Shown piece by piece: positions 1 to 9,347 of a stretch of 35,447 bases of DNA. Within the stretch, counting starts at the first letter, position 1; each line of letters opens with the position of its first letter. The stretch covers positions 1 through 35,447 of the IMG/VR virus record IMGVR_UViG_3300031519_000092; one strand, 5' to 3'. The notes below the pieces were generated by a model. That model was not told where the DNA came from, made no database searches, and worked only from the letters and a program-made list of their open reading frames with translations. The DNA comes from a virus. Taxonomy: Duplodnaviria; Caudoviricetes. Made by a program: the position numbers and the translations under genes.

Positions 1-242
1 TCCCTTAGTGGAAAATAGAGAAAACATTACCCCAGAGAAGAAGGCCCTGGTGTCCGAGATCAAGTCAGCTATACAAGATGTTGCCTATCATAAGGAAGCG
101 CAACAAATTAAGAGCTTGAGCAGGTATGACCCCGAAAAAGTGGCTAATATCCTCTATCTGTATGGCACTGGCGTATCTCAGACAGCTATGGTTAAGAAGC
201 ATGGCTTTGATCGGGAGACAGTTATCAACACTTTGGTCGATT
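1..242. repeat. Terminal direct repeat (copy 1); circular overlap / terminal redundancy
   Basis: 1..242 matches 35206..35447 except C115 vs T35320. Confidence 0.97.
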
Positions 243-571
243 ACGCAGACCACAAGGGCAAGTTTCGGGAGCTTGGGGGTAAGCTATCGGGTCGTAACTA
301 CGTCAATCTCAGCTCTCTTACTGAGGATTTAGTAGGTAAGTTGCGTAAACGCCTAGAGGAAGGTGACATCGAGGCATCATTCAAGGATCTCAAGGATCTG
401 TCTATAGCCCTAACAAACGCACACAGAGAAGCCTCTACCTCTCGTGGCGATGCCACGGTCATAACTGAGGAGCGCAAGGTAGCTACTATCGAGGATGCTC
501 AGAAACTAAGAGAACAGGTGTTATCTAGGATCAAGAAAGCCGATATAATAGATGAACAAGATGGGGAATAA
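8..571 (+). CDS. terS: Putative terminase small subunit (HTH-like N-half, coiled C-half)
   Basis: 187 aa, GTG start; HTH-like segment (LYGTGVSQTAMVKKHGFDRETV), SFKDLKDLSIAL helix typical of TerS; upstream of terL. Confidence 0.6.
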   Translation: MENRENITPEKKALVSEIKSAIQDVAYHKEAQQIKSLSRYDPEKVANILYLYGTGVSQTAMVKKHGFDRETVINTLVDYADHKGKFRELGGKLSGRNYVNLSSLTEDLVGKLRKRLEEGDIEASFKDLKDLSIALTNAHREASTSRGDATVITEERKVATIEDAQKLREQVLSRIKKADIIDEQDGE

Positions 572-797
572 GTCTTTAAATTACATAAAGAACAGGTTAT
601 CAGAGCATTTCGATAACTATGCTGTCATAGCAATAGACAGGGAAGGCAACCTTATCTGGGACTACAACAACTGGATGGTTGCTATTATGCTCATAGACAG
701 AGCAAAAGACCTCATTGAAGACAGTGCAGACGACATGGACATAATCTGGGATGACGAAGATGATGATGACGATGGAGGTTCCGTAATAAAACTATGA
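552..797 (+). CDS. Hypothetical protein with acidic C-terminus
   Basis: Overlaps neighbours; DEDDDDD tail. Confidence 0.7.
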   Translation: MNKMGNKSLNYIKNRLSEHFDNYAVIAIDREGNLIWDYNNWMVAIMLIDRAKDLIEDSADDMDIIWDDEDDDDDGGSVIKL

Positions 798-1048
798 GCA
801 AAGATATACTAGAAGAAGCGTTAGAGATAACCAAGGGTGCAAGAAACGAAGAATACGGCGATTGCAAGGTCGAGTTCGACCGAGTATCAACCATGTGGTC
901 AGTTATCTTTGAGAAGGAAATAACGCCAAACCAGGTAGCATTAGCTATGGTAGCACTAAAGATTACCCGTCAGATGAACGCCAACAAGCGCGATAACTGG
1001 GTAGACATGGCTGGCTATGCCCGGGTCGGTAACATTATAAATGATTGA
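794..1048 (+). CDS. DUF6378-like small all-alpha phage protein
   Basis: ILEEA..I..G.R..EYG...F.R...MWS...VAL.M..LK..R.....DNWVD.AGY pattern. Confidence 0.75.
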   Translation: MSKDILEEALEITKGARNEEYGDCKVEFDRVSTMWSVIFEKEITPNQVALAMVALKITRQMNANKRDNWVDMAGYARVGNIIND

Positions 1049-2702
1049 CTTTACCCATCATCCTCTTCTCAGTCCCCCAACTGACGAAGAGATTGTAAGA
1101 CTTACCGAGACTAAAGAAGGCTCGGAGGAGCTGCTTAAGTGGCATAAGTCTCACGAGGAAGCTATTGTAAGTGCTGCCAATGAGCCCTTAAAGCATGGCT
1201 TTGACCTAGATGGTTGGAACAGGATCAAATGGGGGATGTCTAATTATAATGAGGTCTTAGCCCTAGGTGGTAATAGATCTGGCAAAACTACTGGCTGCGC
1301 TAAGATAATAATGCAGGCGGTTACAGAGAGCATGGATGGACACATCGTATGCTTTAGCCAGAATGAAGACACCTCTATTAAGGTGCAACAGTCTGCAATC
1401 TGGGAAATGATGCCAAGGGAGTTCAAGAAGAAGACCAAGGGTATCGAAGGATATATTAATTATTCTATGCAGAATGGCTTTACCGCCAAATCTTTTATCT
1501 TTCCTGACACCAGAACCCGTGTTGATTTTAAAACATATACACAATTTAGTAACAACCAAAGCATACTTGAAGGTTTTGAGTTTGGCTTTCCCAAGCCGAC
1601 TGGATTCAATGTTGGTGCTTGGCTCGATGAATACCTGGGGGATGCAACCTTGGTCGACACCCTGCGCTTTCGTCTTGCTACCAGAGATAGTTCAATGCTT
1701 ATTGGGTTTACTCCTATTGATGGATATACCCCATTTATAGGCGATTACGCTAAGGGAGCAGAGACCTTAGAGACTCGACAAGCCGAGTTGTTAAGCAACA
1801 GAAGGCTACCAGTAAAGCAGTATAGCCCAAATCGAGATGCTGCTATTATCTATCTGCATTCGGATGAGAACCCTTTTGGTGGCTATGAGCGTATTAAGAA
1901 AGACCTAAGGGGCAGATCAGAGGAACAGATCCTTGTTCGTGCCTACGGCTACCCTGTAAGAAGCATCACAGCCCTTTTACCGAAGTTTAGCACCACCGTA
2001 AACGTCCTTACGGAGGAGCCCAACAAATACGGTGAAAAGTTGCCTGACATTAGAAACAGGCAAAAATATACTATTTATCAAGTAGTTGACCCTGCTGGCG
2101 CAAGAAACTTCGTATCTTTGTGGGCTGCGGTAGACGCTCAGGGCTACATATACATCGTAAAAGAGTGGCCTGATAGGGATAGCTACGGAGAATGGGCTAC
2201 CTTTGGAGATCCAAAGTGGAAGTATGGGCCGGCATCTAAGAAGATAGGTCACGACGTAAAGGGCTACGCAGACTTATTTAAGGAAATAGAAGAAGATATG
2301 GGCGTAGTGGCTCACGAAAGAATTGGTGACTCTAGGTATTTTGCCAGAGAGAACGAAAACAACGTAGACCTATTTCAATCTTTCTCTGACTGCGGCATGG
2401 ATTTTATCCCTAGCTCTGGGATGATGGAAAAAGATGGCATTGTAGCACTAGACGAGTGGTTTGAATACAACGAAGATAATGACATAGACCTAGTGAATCG
2501 ACCTAGATGTTATATTAGTAGTGAGTGCGGTAATTTAATTGATTCACTAATCAACTATCAATCAAAAGGTAAATCAGACGAAGCTTTAAAGGATTTCTTT
2601 GATTTAATCAGATATTTAAGAATGGTCAACGGAGGGCTCGGGCCAGATCATTTCACAAACAACAGCCTTGAATCAACCAAGGTAGGATCAGGAGGATACT
2701 AA
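1041..2702 (+). CDS. terL: Terminase large subunit
   Basis: Walker A LGGNRSGKT, Walker B AWLDE, motif III FTP, RNase H-like nuclease VDPAG ... DFFDLIRY. Confidence 0.93.
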   Translation: MIDFTHHPLLSPPTDEEIVRLTETKEGSEELLKWHKSHEEAIVSAANEPLKHGFDLDGWNRIKWGMSNYNEVLALGGNRSGKTTGCAKIIMQAVTESMDGHIVCFSQNEDTSIKVQQSAIWEMMPREFKKKTKGIEGYINYSMQNGFTAKSFIFPDTRTRVDFKTYTQFSNNQSILEGFEFGFPKPTGFNVGAWLDEYLGDATLVDTLRFRLATRDSSMLIGFTPIDGYTPFIGDYAKGAETLETRQAELLSNRRLPVKQYSPNRDAAIIYLHSDENPFGGYERIKKDLRGRSEEQILVRAYGYPVRSITALLPKFSTTVNVLTEEPNKYGEKLPDIRNRQKYTIYQVVDPAGARNFVSLWAAVDAQGYIYIVKEWPDRDSYGEWATFGDPKWKYGPASKKIGHDVKGYADLFKEIEEDMGVVAHERIGDSRYFARENENNVDLFQSFSDCGMDFIPSSGMMEKDGIVALDEWFEYNEDNDIDLVNRPRCYISSECGNLIDSLINYQSKGKSDEALKDFFDLIRYLRMVNGGLGPDHFTNNSLESTKVGSGGY

Positions 2703-3070
2703 TGAAAAAACGATTAACAGAAATAGCAGATGATTTTGGCATTTCTTTCGAGGAAGCTAAAGATATTGCTTTTAACAATCTAGAAGAAGACATGCTTAGC
2801 GGTAAAGGTAAAGGCATGTGGATCAGCGAAGCTGGTCAAATAGCTATGGATTCCATAGTGCATATACCCGTTATTTACAGGGGAAGGGTTACCCGTCTTT
2901 GCCCTAACCCATTATTCGTAATGGTTAACTTAAAGGACATTTGTAAAAATGTAATAGTTAGGATTAAATTAGGGCATCAAAAGGGAATGTTGTCAAAATA
3001 CATATACGTTCAGATGGATTCCATAGGCGAAGAAATTCGATATAAAATGGTTAAACCACCTAAAGGATGA
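2702..3070 (+). CDS. Hypothetical protein (possible N-terminal HTH)
   Basis: TAATG-coupled to terL; RLTEIADDFGISFEEA resembles an HTH. Confidence 0.7.
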   Translation: MKKRLTEIADDFGISFEEAKDIAFNNLEEDMLSGKGKGMWISEAGQIAMDSIVHIPVIYRGRVTRLCPNPLFVMVNLKDICKNVIVRIKLGHQKGMLSKYIYVQMDSIGEEIRYKMVKPPKG

Positions 3071-3138
3071 CTGAAACGATAGACAATATTGTTACAATGT
3101 TTGGATTAGTCCTAGAGCTCTTGCTAGGTATGTTATAA
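3067..3138 (+). CDS. Small hydrophobic peptide, 23 aa (MTETIDNIVTMFGLVLELLLGML)
   Basis: ATGA overlap with upstream stop; fills the intergenic gap; below ORF-track cutoff. Confidence 0.4.
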   Translation: MTETIDNIVTMFGLVLELLLGML

Positions 3139-3139
3139 T
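3131..3139 (+). promoter_or_regulatory. Extended -10 promoter element (TGnTATAAT) upstream of portal
   Basis: TG-T-TATAAT about 15 nt before ATG 3154; GTATGTTA also occurs upstream of scaffold. Confidence 0.5.
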
Positions 3140-3147
3140 TATCTTAA

Positions 3148-5256
3148 TTGTCCATGGAAAACGAAACATACGAAGAAGATTTAACTTACGTGGGAAAGGA
3201 GCCTAGCATAGGCACACTCATTTCTGCATACGAAAGAACAACATCTGAACTAAGTGCATACTTTGATCTTTGCAGGACTAGTTATGATGACCGTCGAAAC
3301 TTCTGGCCCGGCAAGAGCCGAGACCTCCGAAAGCACGGAGCTGATGCGTTTCCTTGGGAAGGCGCATCCGACATGGAAAGCCATGTTATTGATGAGCGCA
3401 TTACTCGTCTAGTATCTTTATTTGTTTCATCGCTTGCCCGAGCAAACATTCGGGCGTTTCCTGTAGCGATAGACGACTTGGCTAAGGCTAAAGTCGTATC
3501 CAGCTTCCTTAAATGGATGGTTTCGTCTGGATATATCCCTCGTTTCCAAAGGGAAATGGAGCTTGGTGCTAACTATTTGTTAGAGCGAGGGATACTAATT
3601 ACATACGTAGGATGGCAACGTGAAGACAGAAGGTTTTTGCAGCGTCTTGACCTTGAACAAATAGCAGAAATAGCACCTGACCTATCCGAAGCATTAGCTC
3701 AGGGTTTTGGGGAAGAAAGCACAATAGAATTGTTAAAAGCTTTATTCCCAGGAGTTACCGACAAAAAAGCTAAAATTGCTATAAAAAAATTAATGAAAGA
3801 TGGGGAAGCAGAACTTCCTATCGTTCGTCAGCAAGTAGATGCTCCTGACATTAAAACACTTTCACCCGACGGAGATTTCTTTTTTCCTTCTTACGTAACA
3901 GATCCGCAACGTGCGCCATTTTGTTTCTGGAGAACATTTTACACTGCACAAGAATTAGAAAATAAAGTAATTACCGACGGTTGGGATGAGGACTTTGTAG
4001 ATTATGTAGTTGACCACTATCGGGGTGTTTCCGGGGATACTATTGAACAAGATAGCTCTAGCACCCCAGCTTCTAATATAGCTATAAATAGCTCTACAGA
4101 AACTGCCAGTGAGCTTATTGAAATTATTCATGGCTATCAAAGGCTGATTGACCCAGAAGATGGATCTGAAGGAATTTACGAAACTATTTTTCACAGAAAT
4201 CTAAGCTCTATAAACGGAGAAAGTGTTCAACCTTATGCAAAATTTGAATTATTAAATGGATATGAAGATTACCCAGTTGTTGTCACTCGCTTATCAGAAG
4301 ATAGCAAACGTCTATATGATACCCCTACGGTATCTTACCTCCTTCGAGGCATCCAAGATCAAATTAAAATTGAAAGAGATTCTCGGATCGACAGAAACAG
4401 TTGGGCAACTCTACCTCCACTCATGCACCCAAAAGGTCAAGCACCTCGCGAGTATGGTCCGGGTCGATTCATTCCTTACCGCAGGAAAGGGGATATTGAG
4501 TTTGCTCCAAGTCCTCCTGCTCCGGTTGGCTCTGTTGAAATTGAACAAACCCTTCAAGAACAAGCAGACCGACTAATTGGATTAGACGAGTCAAACATGG
4601 GTCAAGTAAGAAAACAATTCTTAGTAGACAAATTTCTAAATCACTCGGCAGAAGTCTTGCGCCAGGCTTACAGGTGTTTCCAGAGGTTTGGCCCTGACTC
4701 AATATTCTTTAGGGTAACAGGAGTTTCGGAAGAAATGACTCTAGACAAGGGAGATCCCGACGAAAACTTTGATATTTTTGTAACTTACGACGTTCTCAAT
4801 TCAGATCCAGAGACACAAGAAAAACGATTGGGTCAAATGATGAACTTAACTAGCCTTGATAGGAACGGTAGAATTAATATTGACAGGCTCTTAGAACTAG
4901 CTGCGGCAGCTATTGATCCTGTATTAGCCGATGGTGCTATTAATCCCGCTGAAGATGCTGCCGAAGATGCACAAAAGAATGTTACGGATGATTTAGCCAA
5001 AATATACGCTGGTATAGAGCTTAACGCTCGTCCTAATGGTGCTCAAATTGCAATGCAGATAATTCAACAATACACCATGCAGCCTGATATTACGAAAAGA
5101 CTGCAAGAAGACGAAGCATTTAAGGCAAGGCTTGAGAAGTATGTGCAACAATATCAATTCCAAATGCAACAAGCCGAAAACGCTGAAATTGGTAAACTTG
5201 GGACTGCACCCGCTGAAATGGGCGGGACTAGCACTGCTCCTGTTAACGCTGAATAA
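3148..5256 (+). CDS. Portal protein (P22-like podovirus type); likely start ATG 3154
   Basis: ~700 aa after terL; FPWEGASD, ELGANY..ERG, Q-rich C-terminal barrel. Confidence 0.85.
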   Translation: MSMENETYEEDLTYVGKEPSIGTLISAYERTTSELSAYFDLCRTSYDDRRNFWPGKSRDLRKHGADAFPWEGASDMESHVIDERITRLVSLFVSSLARANIRAFPVAIDDLAKAKVVSSFLKWMVSSGYIPRFQREMELGANYLLERGILITYVGWQREDRRFLQRLDLEQIAEIAPDLSEALAQGFGEESTIELLKALFPGVTDKKAKIAIKKLMKDGEAELPIVRQQVDAPDIKTLSPDGDFFFPSYVTDPQRAPFCFWRTFYTAQELENKVITDGWDEDFVDYVVDHYRGVSGDTIEQDSSSTPASNIAINSSTETASELIEIIHGYQRLIDPEDGSEGIYETIFHRNLSSINGESVQPYAKFELLNGYEDYPVVVTRLSEDSKRLYDTPTVSYLLRGIQDQIKIERDSRIDRNSWATLPPLMHPKGQAPREYGPGRFIPYRRKGDIEFAPSPPAPVGSVEIEQTLQEQADRLIGLDESNMGQVRKQFLVDKFLNHSAEVLRQAYRCFQRFGPDSIFFRVTGVSEEMTLDKGDPDENFDIFVTYDVLNSDPETQEKRLGQMMNLTSLDRNGRINIDRLLELAAAAIDPVLADGAINPAEDAAEDAQKNVTDDLAKIYAGIELNARPNGAQIAMQIIQQYTMQPDITKRLQEDEAFKARLEKYVQQYQFQMQQAENAEIGKLGTAPAEMGGTSTAPVNAE

Positions 5257-5257
5257 T

Positions 5258-6061
5258 ATGAACATTACTCCAGAAGAATTAAAAAAGTTAATACAACAAG
5301 CATCTGAAAAAGATCTTGATGAAGTTGAATTGATGATGGAAGAAATAGACTTAGAGTCTGTTCCAGAACCGTCTAAATCAATGACCACAGAGCAATATGC
5401 TAAAAGTCGAGAAGACGAAATGTTTGAACGTATGCCCCTTAATATGCCTCAAGGAGAAGTAGGAGTAGAGAAAATTGAGGATGAAGAAGACGAAAGCTTA
5501 GACATTATCATGTATTCTGATTTTATTAAAGACGAGGAAGAATCTGAAGAAGAGTCGTCTAGTCAATATTATTCAGGAGACGAAGAAAATTCTCAAATAG
5601 AAATCCTTAAAGAGTTAGAAAATAGCATAGGAGCCGGAAAAGAAGATGACAGGTGGTATCCTCACGTAATAGACGAGGATGAAACCATAGTAGCTTATGG
5701 TCACAAGATTACAGCCGAAGAAAAAGCAGCTGGCACGTATGACGATGGTCTCACGGAAGAAGAAGCTGTTGAATTGCTCAAAATAGACATTGATGACGCT
5801 AACAGGAAAGTTAGGGACAAAATAGAAGATTTTGATTCTTTTCCATTTTATTTAAAAATGGAATTAGTAAATTCAGCATACCGAGGTCTAATTCAAGGAA
5901 GTCCAAATACTTTAAAACTTATTAACGAGGGCAATTTTGAAGGAGCAGCAGATGAATTTACCAATGACGTTGATGCCTACGAAGATAGTGACGGCATTAA
6001 AAAGCGCATGGATCGAGTTGTTGATGCCCTAAGAAAATATGCCCAAGAATCAGATGACTGA
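5258..6061 (+). CDS. GH24/T4-lysozyme-like protein with long acidic N-terminal extension
   Basis: E..YP...D..TIVAYGHKI, GLTEEEAVELLKIDIDDA, LVN.AY.G, TLKLINEGNFEGAADEF; start reassigned to ATG 5258 just after portal stop. Confidence 0.7.
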   Translation: MNITPEELKKLIQQASEKDLDEVELMMEEIDLESVPEPSKSMTTEQYAKSREDEMFERMPLNMPQGEVGVEKIEDEEDESLDIIMYSDFIKDEEESEEESSSQYYSGDEENSQIEILKELENSIGAGKEDDRWYPHVIDEDETIVAYGHKITAEEKAAGTYDDGLTEEEAVELLKIDIDDANRKVRDKIEDFDSFPFYLKMELVNSAYRGLIQGSPNTLKLINEGNFEGAADEFTNDVDAYEDSDGIKKRMDRVVDALRKYAQESDD

Positions 6062-6275
6062 TATAGAAACCGACATTAGCACCCTTAAAACCCATAGTGC
6101 ATTTGTAAGATTCTTACAGTTTGTTGAAATCCTCAAGGACGAACAAATTGCAGATCTTCACGATGCAGAGCCACACAAAGTGCAGCAAATATCTGGGAGA
6201 ATTTTGTCCTACGATCAACTTTTAGAGATGTGTGACTATAAAGATTCTATACGTAATATCAATTCCGAAGTTTAG
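6054..6275 (+). CDS. Small helical head-module protein
   Basis: Overlaps lysozyme stop; QISGRIL..DQLL motif common in genes between portal and scaffold. Confidence 0.65.
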   Translation: MTDIETDISTLKTHSAFVRFLQFVEILKDEQIADLHDAEPHKVQQISGRILSYDQLLEMCDYKDSIRNINSEV

Positions 6276-6288
6276 GGGTTGATACGTA

Positions 6289-6297
6289 TGTTAATAT
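6289..6297 (+). promoter_or_regulatory. Extended -10-like element (TG-T-TAATAT) upstream of scaffold/capsid
   Basis: GTATGTTA shared with the portal promoter; predicted start ~6304. Confidence 0.4.
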
Positions 6298-6305
6298 ATA
6301 AATAT

Positions 6306-6331
6306 CGCTATCGCTCAGCGTAAAAGAGTGG
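6306..6331 (+). promoter_or_regulatory. H-type RNA pseudoknot in scaffold 5' leader
   Basis: S1 CGCT(6306-09)/AGCG(6317-20); S2 TCGCTC(6311-16)/GAGTGG(6326-31); L1=A, L3=TAAAA. Confidence 0.5.
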
Positions 6332-6338
6332 AAACAAT

Positions 6339-7376
6339 ATGCAAAATGAAGTCAAAACGGAGACCGCTGATTCCGTTGAAAATACAGCGTCAACTACAGT
6401 TAATGAATCATCTAATATTTCCCAACAAGATTTTGTTGAGAAAAGGTTAGAGGGTGAAGCAAAAACAGAAGGTAATTCTAAAGCTCAGCCGACGCAACCA
6501 GCGAAAGCAGTGCCACGGAATCAACCAGACGTTCTTTCTCAGGTAACAGACTTGGACAATTTGTCCGAATCGGATCTAAAGGATCTATCAGAAAAACTAG
6601 GCTCTCGAGCAGTAGCTAGGTTTGGCGAACTTACTGCCCGGCGAAAAGCTGCGGAAGAAAAAGCTGTTAAACTAGAAAAACAGCTATCAGCTCGACCAAA
6701 AGTTAATTATTCTGATGAAGACATCCAATCAAATCCGTATAAGGAAATAAAAGATCCAAAAGCACTAAATGCAAAGTCTAAAGAACTTTCTGATGTAATT
6801 GAATGGGCCGAAGAAGTATTATTCGATTCAGATGATTATACAGGAAATGATGTTGTTACTAGCGTCGAAGGTAAAGATTATACCAAAAAAGATGTTAGAA
6901 ACGCATTAAAGAATGCAAGAAAGTCTAAGACAAAGCATATTCCTATGCAATTCAACGTGCTTAAAGGTGAAGCGCAAGGTGTTCAGATGCGAAATGGATT
7001 TGCTCGAAGAGCAGTTCAAGAGCTCCCCTGGATGAAGGATCAAAAAAATGATATAAGCAAAAAATATAATGCTATGATCAAAGATCCCCGCCTAGCAAAA
7101 TCATTCAAGTCAGCTAGTCCAGAGATGAAAGCGCAATTGCCATATTTATTGGCTCATGCTGCTAATAGTCTATATGGACGCAAAGCGTTACCTATAAACA
7201 GTGAACCAGCAAAACAAACAGTTTCGCTAAGTCCACCTAAAGCTGGGTCAACCGCTGCAACGCCAGCAAGACCTAGTGCAAAAAAGAAAGCAAAAGCTTA
7301 TCACTCACAATTTAAAAACACTGGAGACAGCAGCGACTTCATTAAATTAAGAACCCTACAACTACAAAACCGATAA
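6339..7376 (+). CDS. Capsid scaffolding protein
   Basis: Acidic disordered N-term, RFGELTARRKAAEE coiled coil, basic C-term; directly before capsid. Confidence 0.75.
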   Translation: MQNEVKTETADSVENTASTTVNESSNISQQDFVEKRLEGEAKTEGNSKAQPTQPAKAVPRNQPDVLSQVTDLDNLSESDLKDLSEKLGSRAVARFGELTARRKAAEEKAVKLEKQLSARPKVNYSDEDIQSNPYKEIKDPKALNAKSKELSDVIEWAEEVLFDSDDYTGNDVVTSVEGKDYTKKDVRNALKNARKSKTKHIPMQFNVLKGEAQGVQMRNGFARRAVQELPWMKDQKNDISKKYNAMIKDPRLAKSFKSASPEMKAQLPYLLAHAANSLYGRKALPINSEPAKQTVSLSPPKAGSTAATPARPSAKKKAKAYHSQFKNTGDSSDFIKLRTLQLQNR

Positions 7377-7380
7377 AATT

Positions 7381-8391
7381 ATGTCATTCTCAAACACATA
7401 TGATACAACAAATCCGGGGTCTGCAGTTTCCAATCGCGAAGACTTGACTGATGTCTTGACTATCCTCGCACCTGAAGAAACTCCGATTCTTTCCTCTGCC
7501 TCTAAAAAGAAGGCATCCGCAACTGACACAGAATGGACAGTCGATGTTCTTTCAGCTCCTGTTACAGATGGACTTATTGAAGGTGCTGACGTTACTACAT
7601 TCACCGACCAATTTGAAGGTCGTGCTCGCATGGGTAACTTCACTCAAAAGTTCCGTCGTGACTACAAGGTATCTGAGCTTCAAGAAGCTGTTGATTCTGT
7701 AGGCCCTGCTAAGATTGCACAAGCTGAAGCTAAAGCAATTCGTGAACTAAAGCGTGACGTAGAAAAAACTCTATGTTCTGCTAACGTTAAGCAACAAGCC
7801 GCAGCTGCAACTCCTTATAAGATGAACGGTCTTGCCGCTTATATTGATAGTGCTCCTGCTGCTGGAGTCGGTGTTCCAACTGGCTTTGAAACGCCTGCCA
7901 CTAGCATCTACACACAAGCTGAAGATACTGCTGTTGCGTTCAACGAAACTGCGTTTAACGACCTTATTACTTCTGTATTTGAAGTAAATGGTTCTGTTAA
8001 CAATCTTAGCCTCGTTGCCAACACTGGTCTCCGCCGCACTGTAAGTGACTTTGCTCGCCTACAGCCCGCTGGTGAAACTAGCATCCGTGATGTAAACTAC
8101 GAAGGTGGATCTGCTCAGATCAAGCTCTCTGTTGAGCTTTATCAAAGCGATCACGGTATCGTGTCAATCATTAATGGTAACCCTGTCTGCATGCCCAATT
8201 TCGGACAAGCAACAAACAAGGGTTCTGGCTTCCTCGTAAACCCTGAATACTACGGTGTTCACGAGCTGATCCCAATGGGAACTTCTCGTCTGCCAAATCT
8301 TGGTGGTGGTGAGCGTGGTATCGTGGATTGTGCTTTGACCCTCGGTGTTTATCACCCACAGGCTCACGGTCTCATCCAAGGACAAGCTTAA
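7381..8391 (+). CDS. Major capsid protein (SU10/DUF5309-like, HK97 fold)
   Basis: NREDLTDVLTILAPEETP, EW..D.L, EGAD, GNFTQKFR, KAIRELKRDVE, Y.SD.G motifs; followed by terminator. Confidence 0.9.
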   Translation: MSFSNTYDTTNPGSAVSNREDLTDVLTILAPEETPILSSASKKKASATDTEWTVDVLSAPVTDGLIEGADVTTFTDQFEGRARMGNFTQKFRRDYKVSELQEAVDSVGPAKIAQAEAKAIRELKRDVEKTLCSANVKQQAAAATPYKMNGLAAYIDSAPAAGVGVPTGFETPATSIYTQAEDTAVAFNETAFNDLITSVFEVNGSVNNLSLVANTGLRRTVSDFARLQPAGETSIRDVNYEGGSAQIKLSVELYQSDHGIVSIINGNPVCMPNFGQATNKGSGFLVNPEYYGVHELIPMGTSRLPNLGGGERGIVDCALTLGVYHPQAHGLIQGQA

Positions 8392-8402
8392 ATAATTCTG
8401 GT

Positions 8403-8429
8403 CAGGGGGCGAAAGCCCCCTGCCTTTTT
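8403..8429 (+). terminator. Rho-independent terminator after capsid gene
   Basis: CAGGGGGC-GAAA-GCCCCCTG perfect stem, GNRA loop, T-tract. Confidence 0.9.
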
Positions 8430-8432
8430 ATT

Positions 8433-8738
8433 ATGGAAATAATTACCAAGCCTAGCGAAATCACACAAGAAGCAATTGATGCTGCTTTTGTTGATGAAAT
8501 TAAACGGAATTTCAAAGAAGAGAAACATTTTGAATCCAAACGGTCAAACATTGCTCGAAAAGAAGCGACCCAAGAGCGAGGCAAAACGCACCCAGTTCTT
8601 GGTAAATGCGTAGCAACAATCCCTTCAAGAGACTATTTCAGAATGATTAAAAAATACGGGCAAGAGCACGTTCATTCTAAAGAATTTTTAAAGTATTACA
8701 ACAAGACATTTAGCGATCTTAGTCCTAACAAAGTATAA
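8433..8738 (+). CDS. Hypothetical protein after capsid (start reassigned to ATG 8433)
   Basis: MEIITKP... begins just after the terminator; VATIP...Y motif; TAATG-coupled to next gene. Confidence 0.7.
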   Translation: MEIITKPSEITQEAIDAAFVDEIKRNFKEEKHFESKRSNIARKEATQERGKTHPVLGKCVATIPSRDYFRMIKKYGQEHVHSKEFLKYYNKTFSDLSPNKV

Positions 8739-9343
8739 TGCAGACCAGACCATATTCTGAATTATTTGATTTAATAAAGTCTTTAGCTGGCGTAAATGAA
8801 TTTACCTCTGAAGAAACTAATTACATATTAAATTTTGCAAACCGAAGGTTTAAGCAAGCTTTTGATGCGTATGATTTCTGGCCCCGGTATTTGGTAGCTG
8901 GTGAAGCTCGTGCCGTTAGCGCAAATGGTGTAATTCCTTTTACAGAGACAAGCAAAAAAGACATTGGAGAATTTTTGCGCATCCATAGGGATAAACCATT
9001 TGATCGAAACTCTACAATTGAATATGAGTTTTATGTAACTGGGGATGGAGCATCGTTGTTAAATATGCGAAGCGGTTCATCTAGCTCCGTATTTGTTACA
9101 TACAAAGAAGAAGTTCCAGAGATAGTTGCAACCACCCGTATTCCTTTAGAATTTTTTTATTTTATGGCTCACGTTGTTTATGCAGATTTTCTTCGCATGG
9201 ACGGTCAAAATGAAAAAGCTATTATAGAAGAACAAATTGGCGCACAATACCTAGATACTGAGCTTAGCAAAGCTAGTATAACATCTAACACTAACATTGT
9301 TGGAAAAAGAATTTCAACTTACGTAAACAGACAATCCCGATAA
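8738..9343 (+). CDS. Putative head-tail adaptor (tail tubular A-like)
   Basis: ~200 aa; NFANRR...AFD..DFWP, IP.EF...MAH..YAD; position. Confidence 0.55.
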   Translation: MQTRPYSELFDLIKSLAGVNEFTSEETNYILNFANRRFKQAFDAYDFWPRYLVAGEARAVSANGVIPFTETSKKDIGEFLRIHRDKPFDRNSTIEYEFYVTGDGASLLNMRSGSSSSVFVTYKEEVPEIVATTRIPLEFFYFMAHVVYADFLRMDGQNEKAIIEEQIGAQYLDTELSKASITSNTNIVGKRISTYVNRQSR

Positions 9344-9347
9344 TAAA

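Noticed and set aside
5132-5257. N-terminal extension of lysozyme with apparent signal/SAR segment (WAGLALLLL)
   Set aside because: Overlaps portal 3' end out of frame with GTG start; ATG 5258 right after the portal stop fits better, though not strictly excluded
8328-8432. Upstream start of the post-capsid gene or capsid frameshift extension
   Set aside because: Would cross the terminator; no obvious slippery site; ATG 8433 preferred
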